This document shows positions 37,139-56,373 of a DNA stretch of 64,000 nt, in pieces. The notes beneath the pieces were generated by a model. The model was not told the DNA's origin. It saw only the letters and a list, made by a program, of their open reading frames with translations, and searched no databases. The position numbers and the translations under genes were made by a program. Position 1 is the stretch's first letter; every line of letters begins with the position of its first letter. This DNA is from Candidatus Stammera capleta (GTDB lineage: Bacteria; Pseudomonadota; Gammaproteobacteria; Enterobacterales; Enterobacteriaceae): contig CP144780.1 in NCBI GenBank assembly GCA_036689275.1, forward strand, positions 171,248 through 235,247, read 5' to 3'.

Positions 37139-38032
37139 ATGATAAACATTTTTAATAAAATAATGTTTATTTTAACATTATTAAGTTTAATAATATGAAC
37201 AATAAATAAAATATTTAATAAAAATATTAAAAAATATATAAAAAAATATTGAATTTTAAAAAATTTTATTGAATTATGCCCTGTATTATTAATAATATTT
37301 ATATTAAGATCTTTTATTTATGAACCATTTCAAATACCTTCATCTTCTATGTTACCTACATTATGAATAGGAGATTTAATATTAGTAAATAAAACTAAAT
37401 ATAATATTAAAAATCCATGAAATAATAAAACTATATTAAATATTAAAAATCCAGAATATGGAGATATTATAGTATTTCAATATCCATATAATAAAAATAT
37501 TAATTATATTAAACGTGTTGTAGGATTACCTAAAGATAAAATAATATATGATGAAAATAAAAAAGAAATCAAAATATATAAATATTGTAAAAAAATAAAA
37601 AAATATAAAAAAAAAAACTTAGTAAAATATAGCAAAAAAAAAATAAGTTCTTTAGTAGAAGAAATAAAATTTGATAATAATCATATTAATGAATATATAT
37701 TAAACATAAAAAATCAAAATTTAAATATAAATAAAAATTCAAATATAATTTTTTTTATAAAAAAAAAAGAATATATTAAAAAACATAATAATAATATTTT
37801 AACTATTTATGGATTTAAAAAAAATAATATTAAAAAAACGTGAATAATACCTGAAAATATGTATTTTGTAATGGGCGATAATAGAGATAATAGCAAAGAT
37901 AGTAGAACTTGGGGTTTTGTAGATAAAAATTTAATAATTGGAAAAGCTGAATATATATGAATGAGTTTAGATAAACAACAAAATTCTTTACCTAAAGGAA
38001 TAAGATTTAATAGAATAGGAATAATAAAGTAA
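37139..38032 (+). CDS. lepB: Signal peptidase I
   Basis: Not in the track. 297 codons traced. [13 protein letters not shown] (catalytic Ser), YIKRVVGLP (catalytic Lys box) and [20 protein letters not shown]. Confidence 0.9.
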
Positions 38033-38036
38033 ATGT

Positions 38037-38723
38037 ATGATAAATATAAAAAATTTAGAAAAAAAAATTAAATATAAATTTATTAATAAAAATATACTTT
38101 TTATGTCATTAACACACAAAAGTTATAATATTAATCATAATGAAAGATTAGAATTTTTAGGAGATTCTATTTTAAATTTTATAATTACTAAAAAAATATA
38201 TAATAAATTTTATAATTATAAAGAAGGATTAATGACAAGAATTAGATCTAAACTAGTAAATAAAAAAAACTTATTTAAAATAGCTAATAAATTAAAATTA
38301 AATAAATATATTTTATTAGGATATGGAGAAATTAAAAATAATAAATTATATAAAAAATCTATATTAGCTAATACTTTAGAAGCTATAATAGGAGCAATAT
38401 ATATAGATAGTAAAAATATTAATAAAGTAGAAAAAATTATTAAAATATTATTTTTAAATAAAAAAAAAATTAATAAAAAATTTAATTATAAAGATTATAA
38501 AACTATATTACAAGAATATTTACAAAAAAAAAAATTACCTTTACCAAAATATTTTTTAGCAAATACTACAGGTAAAGATCATGAACAAATATTTACAATA
38601 TATTGTAAAATAAAAAATTTAAATAAATTTACTAAAGGTAAAGGAAAAAATAAAAAATACGCAGAACAAATAGCTGCTAAAAAAGCATTAATAAATTTAG
38701 GTTTAATTAAATCAAATGTATAA
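38037..38723 (+). CDS. rnc: Ribonuclease III
   Basis: Intact 228-aa ORF with NERLEFLGDSILNF, ANTLEAIIGAIYIDS and a C-terminal dsRBD (KDYKTILQEYLQKK..AEQIAAKKAL). Confidence 0.9.
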   Translation: MINIKNLEKKIKYKFINKNILFMSLTHKSYNINHNERLEFLGDSILNFIITKKIYNKFYNYKEGLMTRIRSKLVNKKNLFKIANKLKLNKYILLGYGEIKNNKLYKKSILANTLEAIIGAIYIDSKNINKVEKIIKILFLNKKKINKKFNYKDYKTILQEYLQKKKLPLPKYFLANTTGKDHEQIFTIYCKIKNLNKFTKGKGKNKKYAEQIAAKKALINLGLIKSNV

Positions 38724-39579
38724 AAAATTTATTTATATATCTATAATAGGAAAAAGTAATGTTGGTAAATCAACATTATTTAATCAACTAATTAAAAAAA
38801 AAATTTCTATAACATCAAAAAAAAAAAATACTACTATTAATTATATTATAGGTATAAATACAAAAAAAAATAATCAATATGTATATATTGATACTCCAGG
38901 TTATAAAAATTATCAAAGTTTTAAAAAAATTTTTTATATAACTAATAATTATTTTAAAAAAAAACTTAAAATAAATAAAAAACTTAATTTAATAATATTA
39001 TTATTAGAAAATAAAAATTTCTTTTTTTATGAAAAAAAAATTATTAAAAAAATTAATTCAAACAATATACCTATATTAATTTTAATAAATAAAATAGATA
39101 AAATAAAAAACAAAGAAAAAATTTTAACATTTATAAATAAAATAAATAAAAATATTAAATATAATCATATAATACCTATATCTGCTAAAAAAAAAAATTA
39201 TATTATATATATTAAAAAAATAATAAATAATTTTTTAATTAATTGCAAACATATCTTTAAAAAAAAAGAAAAAACTATACATAATATAAAATATATAATA
39301 TCAGAAATTATAAGAGAAAAAATATTAAGATTAACAGGAGATGAAATTCCATACAATTTATTTATTAAAATAAATAAAATTATAAAAATTAAAAATACAA
39401 ATAAAATTTACTGTATAATATATGTTAAAAAAAAAAACTATATACCTATACTTATAGGTAATTCAAGTAAAAAAATAAAAAAAATAATATTTAATTCTAT
39501 TAAAGATATTAAAAAATATTATAATTATTTAATTAAAATTAAATTATTTATAAAAATTAAAATATTAAAAAAATGATAA
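38716..39579 (+). CDS. era: GTPase Era
   Basis: IIGKSNVGKSTLFN, IDTPG, INKID and a KH domain. The final codon TGA (39574-39576) aligns with the conserved Trp of E. coli ..KSGW and is followed by TAA. The gene overlaps rnc by 8 nt. Confidence 0.9.
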
Positions 39580-40223
39580 ACTGAAAAAAAATAATTAAAT
39601 ATGAAAAAAAAAAAAAATACTATATAAAATTAAAAAAAAAAATAGAAAAAGAATATCTGAATAAAAATATATATCCTCCTAAAAATAAAATTTTTGAAGT
39701 ATTTAAATTAACAAAATTTGAAAATATTAAAGTAGTTATAATAGGACAAGATCCGTATTGTAATAAATATCAAGCACATGGTTTAGCTTTTTCTCTTTTA
39801 CCAAATATTAAAAAAACACCATCAATCCAAAATATATATAAAGAAATTAAAAATGATTATAAAAATTTTAATATATATAAAAATGGTTATTTAATTAATT
39901 GATCTAAACAAGGAGTATTTTTATTAAATAGTATATTAACTGTGGAAGATAAAAAACCATGTTCTCATAAAAATTTAGGATGAGAAATATTCACTAATAG
40001 AATTATTAAATATATAAATAAATATTTAAACAATATAGTTTTTTTATTATGAGGAAAATTTGCTCAAAAAAAAAAAAAATTTATAAATAATAAAAAACAT
40101 TTAATTTTACAATCATCACATCCTTCACCTATATCATATAAATATAGTTTTAAAAACTGTAAACATTTTTTAAAAACTAATATATATTTAAAAAAAAAAA
40201 AAAAAGAAATAATATTATGATAA
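39573..40223 (+). CDS. ung: Uracil-DNA glycosylase
   Basis: Not in the track. 216 codons traced. IYPPKNKIF, VVIIGQDPY, QAHGLAFS, GVFLLNSILTV, LGWEIFT, VFLLWG and HPSPIS. ATG 39573 overlaps the era 3' end by 7 nt. It ends TGA-TAA at 40218-40223. Confidence 0.9.
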
Positions 40224-41237
40224 TTAATCATAATTAATGTTCATATAATTTAAAATTTTTTTAATATTATTATTAGCATATTCTTTAGCCTTTAATTTAC
40301 CATTTTTTAAAATTTTTTTTAATATCTTCTTTTTTTTTCTAATTAAAAAATATTTTTTTTGTAAATTACTAATAAAAAAAATTATTTTATCTATTAAAAT
40401 ATCTTTAAATTTTTTATAAGAAATATTTAAAAATTTATTTTCTAATTTATTAATAGAAACATCTATTATATTAGATAATATATTTAATAAATTAGATATA
40501 CCAGGTTTATTAAATTTATCAAAAAAAATTTTTGAAGGATTTTGAGAATCAGTAATTGAATTAATAATTTTATATTTAATATCTTTAATATTATCTAATA
40601 AATAAATAACATTATTTTTATTTAAATCTGATTTAGACATTTTAATTTTAGGGTTCATTAAAGACATTATCTTAGATCCATTTTTAGATAATATATATTT
40701 GGGAATTTTAAAAATTTTTTTCTTATATAAATTATTAATTCTTTTAGCTATAGTTCTAGTTAATTCTATATGTTGAATTTGATCATAACCTATTATAACA
40801 TAATCAGTATTATATAATAATATATCAGAAGACATTAATATAGGATAATTTAATAAACCACAATTAATTTTTACTTTATCTTTATACTTACTTTTAAATT
40901 GATTCATACGATATAATTCACCTACATATGTATAACAATTAAGTAATCAATAAAGTTTTAAATGTTCATTAATATCTGATTGTAAAAATATTATAGATTT
41001 ATTTGGATTAATACCTAAAGCTAAAATTAAAGATAATGAATCATAAATATATTTTTTAATATAATTATTATTAAATTTATTATTACTAAAACTAGTTAAA
41101 GAATGTAAATCAGCAATACAATAATAACAAATATATTTATCTTGATATAATAATCAATTCTTTAAAATACCTATATAATGACCAATAGTCAAATTACCTG
41201 TAGGTTGAATAGCACTAAAAATTTTTTTTATACTCAT
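40224..41237 (-). CDS. trpS: Tryptophanyl-tRNA synthetase
   Basis: FSAIQPTGNLTIGHYIG, CIADLHS, GYDQIQHIELTR and KMSKSD. The N-terminal gap was traced. The start codon lies 2 nt after the rpoC stop, and the TAA at 40224-40226 abuts the ung stop. Confidence 0.95.
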
Positions 41238-41239
41238 AA

Positions 41240-45436
<4,197 letters not shown>

Positions 45437-45463
45437 AAATATTCCTAGATAATATATTATATA

Positions 45464-49495
<4,032 letters not shown>

Positions 49496-49516
49496 ATAAA
49501 TTACTACAAAATAAAA

Positions 49517-49885
49517 TTATTTTATTAAAATTGAAGCTCCTACTTCTTCTAAAGATTTTTTTAATATATCTAAATCTTTTTTAGCCATTTTTTCTTTTAT
49601 TAATACTGGAGATGATTCTACTAAATCTTTAGCTTCTTTTAAACCTAAATTTAAATAATTTCTAATAACTTTAATAACTGAAATTTTATTTTTACCTATT
49701 GAATCTAAATATAAATCAAATTCATCTTTTTTATCTTCTTTTATATTAGTATTATTGATATTATTAAATTGATAACTATTAGAATTTATTCCAAACTTTT
49801 TTTCTATATCATTAATTAATTCTATAATTTCTATTAAAGACATAGAAGATAATTTTTCTAAAATTTGTTTATTAGTGATTTTCAT
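49517..49885 (-). CDS. rplL: 50S ribosomal protein L7/L12
   Basis: Intact 122-aa ORF with IKVIRNYLNLGLKEAKDLVESSPVLIKE..EEVGASILIK. Confidence 0.95.
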   Translation of the reverse strand: MKITNKQILEKLSSMSLIEIIELINDIEKKFGINSNSYQFNNINNTNIKEDKKDEFDLYLDSIGKNKISVIKVIRNYLNLGLKEAKDLVESSPVLIKEKMAKKDLDILKKSLEEVGASILIK

Positions 49886-49906
49886 ATTTTTTATACCTTT
49901 AAATAA

Positions 49907-50401
49907 CTAAGATTTTTTATTTTTAATAATTAATAATATAGATAAAAATTTTATTATAGATATATTTTTTAAATAATAAAATAAATATTTAAATGATCTT
50001 TTTTTATTATAAAATAAAGAAATTTTCTTATGTATATCATAAGAAACTAATTTTTTATTAATACAAATAGATTTAAGAATAAATTTTTTATTATATAATG
50101 TAAAATATTTTTCAAATATCATAGAAGGATAACTATAATATTTTTCTGAACCAAATATTAAAATAGATCCTTTAAAAAATTTTATTAAAAAATTTAATTT
50201 AATTTTATTTAAAACTATTCTTAATAAATTATTACGAACTATATAAAAAAAAGAATATTTTTTATATATTTTTTTTCTTAAATAATTAATATCATTTGCC
50301 TTAATTTTATTAAAATTTATAATTAATAATGATAAACATTTATTTAATTTATTACTAATATTTAAAACATATTTTTTTTTTTCTTTTAAAGTAAATAACA
50401 T
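49907..50401 (-). CDS. rplJ: 50S ribosomal protein L10
   Basis: Intact 164-aa ORF between rplA and rplL. LLIINFNKIKANDINYLRKK..FYIVRNNLL is L10-like. Confidence 0.85.
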   Translation of the reverse strand: MLFTLKEKKKYVLNISNKLNKCLSLLIINFNKIKANDINYLRKKIYKKYSFFYIVRNNLLRIVLNKIKLNFLIKFFKGSILIFGSEKYYSYPSMIFEKYFTLYNKKFILKSICINKKLVSYDIHKKISLFYNKKRSFKYLFYYLKNISIIKFLSILLIIKNKKS

Positions 50402-50429
50402 TTTTATACCTAATTTATTAAAATATATT

Positions 50430-51089
50430 TTATTTATTTAAATTAATAATATAACTTTTACCCATAGTACTAGAAACAGTAATTTTATTTATTAAAAAAT
50501 TATTTTTATTGCTATTTTTAATATTAATAACAGAATAAATAAAATATAATGTATTATTATATAAATTTTCAGAAGAAAAATTTATTTTACCTATAGAACA
50601 ATTAATAATACCAAATTTATCACTTTTATATATTATTTTACCATTTTTAAATTCAAAAATAGTTTTTTTTAAATCATTAGTTATTGTTCCTAATTTTAAA
50701 TTAGGCATTAATCCTTTAGGACCCAAAATATAACCTACTTTACTTACTATATTTAATACATCTGGAGTAGATAAAACTATATCGTATTTAATTTTATTAT
50801 CTTTAATAATTTTTATTAAATCTTTATTACCTACATAAGTTGCGCCAGAAATATTAGCAATTTCATAATTATTATTATTAGTAAATACTAAAATCTTAAT
50901 ATTATTATTAATTCTATAAGGTAACAAAACACTACCATAAATACATTTATCAATTATATTTTTATTAAATGATAAATTTATAGAAATATCTATAGATTCA
51001 ATAAATTTTCTATTAGATTTCTTTTTTATTAAATTAAATATATCTATAATCTGTTCTTTATTAACAATTTTTTTAATATTATTTTTCAT
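50430..51089 (-). CDS. rplA: 50S ribosomal protein L1
   Basis: Intact 219-aa ORF with FIESIDISINL, ATYVG, YDIVLSTPDV, LGPKGLMPN and KITVSSTMG. Confidence 0.9.
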   Translation of the reverse strand: MKNNIKKIVNKEQIIDIFNLIKKKSNRKFIESIDISINLSFNKNIIDKCIYGSVLLPYRINNNIKILVFTNNNNYEIANISGATYVGNKDLIKIIKDNKIKYDIVLSTPDVLNIVSKVGYILGPKGLMPNLKLGTITNDLKKTIFEFKNGKIIYKSDKFGIINCSIGKINFSSENLYNNTLYFIYSVINIKNSNKNNFLINKITVSSTMGKSYIINLNK

Positions 51090-51098
51090 ATATTTAAA

Positions 51099-51527
51099 TT
51101 AATCTTTAATTTTAACTCCCATAGATAAAGCTGTACCCATAATAGATTTACAAACTGAATCAATATTATTAGTATTAGTATCAATATATTTAATTTTAGC
51201 TATATTTAAAATAGTAGATTTATTAATATAACCTATAATATCAATACCAGGTTTTTTAGAACCATTAGGAATAGATATATTTTTTTTAATTAGATAAGAT
51301 ACAGTTGGGGTTTTTGTAATAAATGTAAAACTACGATCATTATATACAGTTATAATTACCGGAATTGGTATACCTTTTTCTAAATAAGATGTTTTTTCAT
51401 TAAATAATTTACAAAATTTCATAATATTTAAGCCTTTTTGACCTAATGTAGGACCCACAGGAGGACTAGGATTAGCCATACCAGATAATACCTGTAATTT
51501 TATATAAAATTTAATTTTTTTTAACAT
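51099..51527 (-). CDS. rplK: 50S ribosomal protein L11
   Basis: From the internal [46 protein letters not shown] matches E. coli [32 protein letters not shown]. The 13 extra N-terminal codons of the track ORF overlap nusG and were rejected. Confidence 0.9.
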   Translation of the reverse strand: MLKKIKFYIKLQVLSGMANPSPPVGPTLGQKGLNIMKFCKLFNEKTSYLEKGIPIPVIITVYNDRSFTFITKTPTVSYLIKKNISIPNGSKKPGIDIIGYINKSTILNIAKIKYIDTNTNNIDSVCKSIMGTALSMGVKIKD

Positions 51528-51546
51528 ATTAATTATCCATATATAT

Positions 51547-52095
51547 TTAATAATTATTTTTTTCAACCTGTGAAAAATCTAATTCAACAGGAGTAGATCT
51601 ACCAAAAATTAAAACCGCAACTTTTAAACGATTTTTATCATAATCTATATCTTCTACAGTACCACTAAAATCACTAAAAGGACCACTATTTACTCTTACT
51701 AATTCACCATATTCAAATAAAACTTTAGGTCTAGGTTTACCACTAATTTTATTCAATTTATCTTTAATAATTTTAATTTCTTCTTTTCTAATAGGAATAG
51801 GATTACCTAAATTACCACCTATAAACCCTATTATTTTAGGTATTTTTTTAACTAAATATCAATTTTTATTATTCATAATCATATTTATTAAAAAATATCC
51901 AGGAAAAAATTTTTTTTTACTTTTTTTTCTTATACCCCCTTTAATTTCTATAACTTCTTCGCAAGGAATTAATATATCTCCAAATTCTTTCTCTAATTTA
52001 TATAATTTTATATAATCTTTTAAAGTTTTTATTACTTTATTTTCAAAATTTGAAAATACTTGTACTACATATCAAGATTTTATTTTAGTATTCAT
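51547..52095 (-). CDS. nusG: Transcription termination/antitermination factor NusG
   Basis: ATG at 52095, traced through TGA codons. W(TGA)[20 protein letters not shown] and the KOW domain [43 protein letters not shown]. Confidence 0.9.
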
Positions 52096-52098
52096 AAA

Positions 52099-52449
52099 TT
52101 ATAAATATAAATTATTTATTAATGAAAATAAATATAATATAAAATTATCAATTAATCAAATAATTAAAGAAAATAACAAACTAAAAATACAAACTATAAA
52201 AATATTTTTTATAACTTCGTCATAAGAAGGTCATTTAATTTCAGTTATTTCTAATTTAGATTTATAAAAAAATAAAAAAATTTTTTTACTTCAATTAATA
52301 ATTTTAAAATAATAAAATATCAATGAAGATATAAAAAAAAATAATAAAAAATTAAATATAAAATTATAATTATATAAAAAATAATTAATTATACATCCTA
52401 AAATTATAAATATAAAATATAAATTTTTAATTTTTAAATAAGTATTCAT
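52099..52449 (-). CDS. secE: Protein translocase subunit SecE
   Basis: Not in the track. 116 codons traced. Hydrophobic, with the conserved C-terminal block SKLEITEIKW(TGA)PSYDEVIKNIFIVCIF. There are 3 nt before the nusG start. Confidence 0.8.
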
Positions 52450-52524
52450 CAATATTAATAATTTATATTGTTAATTAATAATATAAATAATTTTTCTTCT
52501 AAAAAAAAATAAATAATTTAATAT

Positions 52525-53544
52525 TTACTTAAAATTATTAGATTTTACAATTTCTATTTCTAATTCTAACAAAATATTAAATTTTTGAAATACTTTAACC
52601 ATTACAAAATTTAATAATCTATATATATCTTTAGATTCAGCATTACCTATATTAACAATTATCAAAGGTTGATTTACATATATTTGAGCTTTTCCAATAG
52701 TATAACCTTTTAAATTACATATATCAATTAATAAAGCTGCTGGTATTTTAATATATTTATTAATAATAAAAAATTCTATTTTTTTGAAATGATTAAAATA
52801 TTTTTTTTTTAAATAAATAAATTTTTTTATAGTTATTAAAGGATTTTTAAAAATACTTCCTACATTACCTAAAATTCTATAATCAGGAATTTTTAAAGAA
52901 CGTAAATTAATAATTTTTTTATACAATATCAAAGGACTTATAATATTATTAAACTTTAAAAAATAATTAAATAAATATCTATAATTTAAACAAGGAATTC
53001 AATTTTTAGAAATTTTAAATATTACTTTAATAATAAAAAACCTTTTATAAAAAACATTTTTAAAAATACTATATCTATAATTAAAAAAACAATTATAATT
53101 ATTAAAATAAATATATAATCCAGTATAAATATCTAAAACTTTTACTAAAAAAACAAAATTTTTAATTTCTACACCATATGCTCCTATATTATTAACTATT
53201 GCTGAACCCACAGTTCCAGGAATATTAACTAAATTTTCTAAACCAAAAATATTTTTATATAAACAAAAATCAACTAATTCTCTTCATAATTCTCCAGAAC
53301 TAACAGATAAAAATCAAAAATCTATATTTTGTTTTATTTTAATACCTTTAATTCTATTAATTAATATTATTCCATCAAAATTTTCAATAAATAATACATT
53401 ACTACCCTCACCTAAAAAAAAAAAATTATTTTTTCTAATATTATATAAAATTTTTTTTCTAATATTATTTTTACTTTTAATAAAATAAATTTTTTTTACT
53501 AAAATATTTAAATTAAATGTATTAAATTTTTTTATAGAAAACAT
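52525..53544 (-). CDS. murB: UDP-N-acetylenolpyruvoylglucosamine reductase
   Basis: Three fragments share one frame and are joined by TGA. FFLGEGSNVLF, NIPGTVGSAIVNNIGAYGVE, GSIFKNP and AALLIDICNLKGYTIGKAQIY. Confidence 0.9.
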
Positions 53545-53551
53545 ATATAAA

Positions 53552-54016
53552 TTAAATAAATTTAAGATTATTTTTATTTCAAAACTTATACATAAAATAA
53601 TCTTCTAATAAAAACATTATTTTATAATCACTATATTTTATATGATTAAAATTTAATAAATGTAAAAAACTATGTATTAATAGATAAGAAAAATATACTA
53701 AATATTTTATTTTCTTCTTTATAGAACGATTATAAATTTCCAAAGGACAAAAAATTATCTCTCCGAGAAAATCTAAACTAATATTTTTATAAAGATAAGA
53801 ATTAGGAAAAGATAATACATCAGTTACAAAATTTTTATTTCTATATTTTTTATTTAAAAAAAACATATTTTTTTGATTTAATAAAACTATATAAGTTTTA
53901 ATCTTAATATTAAATAATAAAAAAACCTTTAATAAAACATTATAAAAAAAAAAATTAGAAGGCACTAAAATAAAATCATTACATAAATTATTAATATTTA
54001 AAATATTTTTTTTCAT
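53552..54016 (-). CDS. ybeY: Endoribonuclease YbeY (rRNA maturation)
   Basis: VTDVLSFP and the zinc motif HSFLHLLNFNH. I prefer ATG 54016 over the track's GTG 54025. Read-through of TGA 53579-53581 gives 9 more codons to TAA 53552-53554. Confidence 0.8.
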
Positions 54017-54024
54017 AAATATCA

Positions 54025-54708
54025 CTAAATTTTATATTTATTTTCAAATTTATTATATTCTTTTATAATATTAGCTACTATTCTAGATCTCATTATATCT
54101 TTGATTTTAAAAAAATTTATACCTACTTGACTTAAATTTTTACATATTTTAATAGCATGTTCTAAACCAGAAAAAATATTTTTAGGTAAATCAATTTGTG
54201 ATATATCACCATTAATAACTGCGATAGAATTAAAACCTAATCTAGTTAAAAACATTTTCATTTGTATAATAGTAGTATTTTGTGCTTCATCTAATATAAT
54301 AAATGAATCATTAAATGTTCTACCTCTCATGTATGCTAAAGGAACTACTTCAATTATATTATTAGAAATATATTTTTTATAATAATCAGAACCTAAAATT
54401 TCAAATAAAACATCATATATAGGTGATAAATAAGGATTTATTTTTTGATTAAAATCACCTGGTAAATAACCTAATTTTTCTCCAGCTTCTACTATAGGTC
54501 TAGCTAAAATTATTCTACTTACTTTTCTTTTTTTCAAAAAATCTATTGCTGCAGCGGTAGCTAAATATGTTTTTCCTGTTCCCGAAACACCTATTCCAAA
54601 AGTAACAATTTTATTTAATATATTATTTAAATAAGAAATTTGCATTTTTGTTTTAGGAGTTATAAAACCAAATCTAGTTTTTAAAATAAATTTTTTTTTT
54701 TTATTCAT
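54025..54708 (-). CDS. ybeZ: PhoH-like ATPase YbeZ (core domain only)
   Basis: Intact 227-aa ORF with GVSGTGKTYLA (Walker A), RPIVEAGEKLGYLPGD, ILDEAQN and INGDISQIDLP. It ends with TAG 54025-54027. miaB-ybeZ-ybeY order is as in E. coli. Confidence 0.85.
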   Translation of the reverse strand: MNKKKKFILKTRFGFITPKTKMQISYLNNILNKIVTFGIGVSGTGKTYLATAAAIDFLKKRKVSRIILARPIVEAGEKLGYLPGDFNQKINPYLSPIYDVLFEILGSDYYKKYISNNIIEVVPLAYMRGRTFNDSFIILDEAQNTTIIQMKMFLTRLGFNSIAVINGDISQIDLPKNIFSGLEHAIKICKNLSQVGINFFKIKDIMRSRIVANIIKEYNKFENKYKI

Positions 54709-54716
54709 TATAAAAA

Positions 54717-56057
54717 TTAATTATAATATATTTTTCCATATAAAGAACTATTTTTATTATATAATACTAAAATATTAATAATTTTACCTATTAAACTATT
54801 ATTATTAATACTTTTAAAGTATATAATTTTATTATTTAAACTACGACCATAATAAAAATTATTTTTTTTAGTTATTCCTTCTACTAAAACTTCTTGTTTA
54901 GTATTTAACATTTTCTTACTTCAATAAATAGAATTATTATATAATAAATTTTGTATTTTATACAATCTTTGTTTTTTAATTAATAAAGAAGTATTATCTT
55001 TAATTTCATATGATCTAGTTCCTTTTCTAGGAGAATATAAAAAAGCATAACTATTATCAAATTTAATTTCATTAATTAAATTTAAAGTTAATTTGAAATC
55101 ATTATCATTCTCAGATGGAAAACCAACTATAAAATCTGAACCGAAAATCATATTAGGTCTTATTAATAAAAGATCATATATAATTTTTTTATAAGATTCT
55201 ATAGTATAATTCCTTTTCATCATTTTTAAAATTCTATCAGAACCACTTTGAACAGGTAAATGTAAATAATCAACTATTTTAGAATTATTTTTATAACAAG
55301 AAATAATATCTTTATTAAAATCATTTGGATGACTAGTAGTAAATTTTATTCTTTTAATATTATCAATTTCAGATATTAAATTTAATAAACAAGAAAAATC
55401 ACATTTTTTACCATTAGATAAAAAACTAGAATATGCGCTAACATTTTGACCTAATAAATTTACTTCACAAATACCTTTAGAAGATAAATAACATATTTCT
55501 GATATAATACTCATAGGAGTGCGACTAATTTGTCTACCTCTAGTATAAGGAACTATACAATAAGAACAAAATTTATCACAACCTTCCATTATACTAACAT
55601 ATGTATTATTAATATATTTTTTATCTATATATAAATTATTAATATTTTTATTAATATTATTATTAAAATTTATCTTTATTATTTTTTTTTTATTTTTTAT
55701 AAAATAATTTATTAAATATGAAATATCTTTAATATTTTGAGTTCCAAATATTATATCAATAATTTTATTTTTTGAAAATAATTTACCTTTTTCTTGAGTT
55801 GCAATACATCCACCGACCGCTACTATTAAATTAGGATTATTTATTTTAATACTTTCTATTTTATTTAAATAATTAAATAATTTATCTTGAGCTTTTTGTC
55901 TAACAGAACAAGTATTTAATATAATTACATCAGATTTAAATAAATCACTAACTAAAATATATTTATTAGAAGATTTAAATAAATAAGAAAGTATTTTATT
56001 AGAATCATACTTATTCATTTGACAACCTCAGGTTTTTATATATATTTTAATACACAT
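54717..56057 (-). CDS. miaB: tRNA-2-methylthio-N6-dimethylallyladenosine synthase
   Basis: ATG at 56057. MCIKIYIKTW(TGA)GCQMNKYDS matches E. coli KLHIKTWGCQMNEYDS. NTCSVRQKAQ, the radical-SAM motif GCDKFCSYCIVP and a TRAM domain are present. Fragments share one frame. Confidence 0.9.
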
Positions 56058-56086
56058 ATAATATCAATATTATAATTTTAATTCAA

Positions 56087-56160
56087 TAGCTATGACAGGA
56101 ATTGAACCTGTGACCTCAGCGTTATGAATGCTGTGCTCTAACCAACTAAGCTACATAGCT
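56087..56160 (-). tRNA. tRNA-Met, elongator type (anticodon CAU)
   Basis: The reverse complement is AGCTATG-TA-GCTTAGTTGGTTAGAGC-A-CAGCA-TTCATAA-CGCTG-AGGTC-ACAGG-TTCAATT-CCTGT-CATAGCT-A. It is very close to E. coli metT/metU and lacks initiator features. A lysidine-modified tRNA-Ile2 cannot be fully excluded. No CCA is encoded. Confidence 0.85.
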
Positions 56161-56178
56161 ATAAATTTTAAAAAAATA

Positions 56179-56249
56179 CAGGGGTACCAGGATTTGAACC
56201 TGGGATCTCGGGATCAAAACCCGATGCCTTACCACTTGGCTATACCCCA
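56179..56249 (-). tRNA. tRNA-Gln (anticodon UUG)
   Basis: The reverse complement is TGGGGTATAGCCAAGTGGTAAGGCATCGGGTTTTGATCCCGAGATCCCAGGTTCAAATCCTGGTACCCCTG. It is near-identical in architecture to E. coli tRNA-Gln(UUG). Discriminator G. No CCA is encoded. Confidence 0.9.
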
Positions 56250-56257
56250 AAATACAT

Positions 56258-56338
56258 TACGGAAGACGAGATTTGAACTCGCATACATTAAGTACTAGAC
56301 TCTAATTCTAGTGCGTTTACCTATTTCGCCACTTCCGC
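56258..56338 (-). tRNA. tRNA-Leu (anticodon UAG)
   Basis: The reverse complement is GCGGAAGTGGCGAAATAGGTAAACGCACTAGAATTAGAGTCTAGTACTTAATGTATGCGAGTTCAAATCTCGTCTTCCGTA. It has a long variable arm and resembles E. coli leuW. Discriminator A. No CCA is encoded. Confidence 0.9.
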
Positions 56339-56373
56339 TATAATAAATATACTTTATATAATATAATAATAAC

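Noticed and set aside
51528-51566. A longer rplK start ([13 protein letters not shown]..) overlapping the nusG 3' end.
   Set aside because: Alignment with E. coli L11 begins at the internal Met ([13 protein letters not shown]). The extension has no counterpart and overlaps nusG by 20 nt.
54017-54025. A GTG start for ybeY at 54025, overlapping the ybeZ stop codon.
   Set aside because: An ATG three codons downstream (54016) gives MKKNIL.. and avoids the overlap. Neither is proven, so the more conventional start is reported.
54025-54027. A possible second codon reassignment (TAG or TAA as sense, ATA=Met, AAA=Asn).
   Set aside because: No in-frame TAA or TAG was met in any traced gene. ybeZ ends naturally at TAG 54025-54027. 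ATA aligns with Ile (for example RpoC GHINL) and AAA with Lys (KMSKS in TrpRS and LeuRS). Only UGA behaves abnormally.
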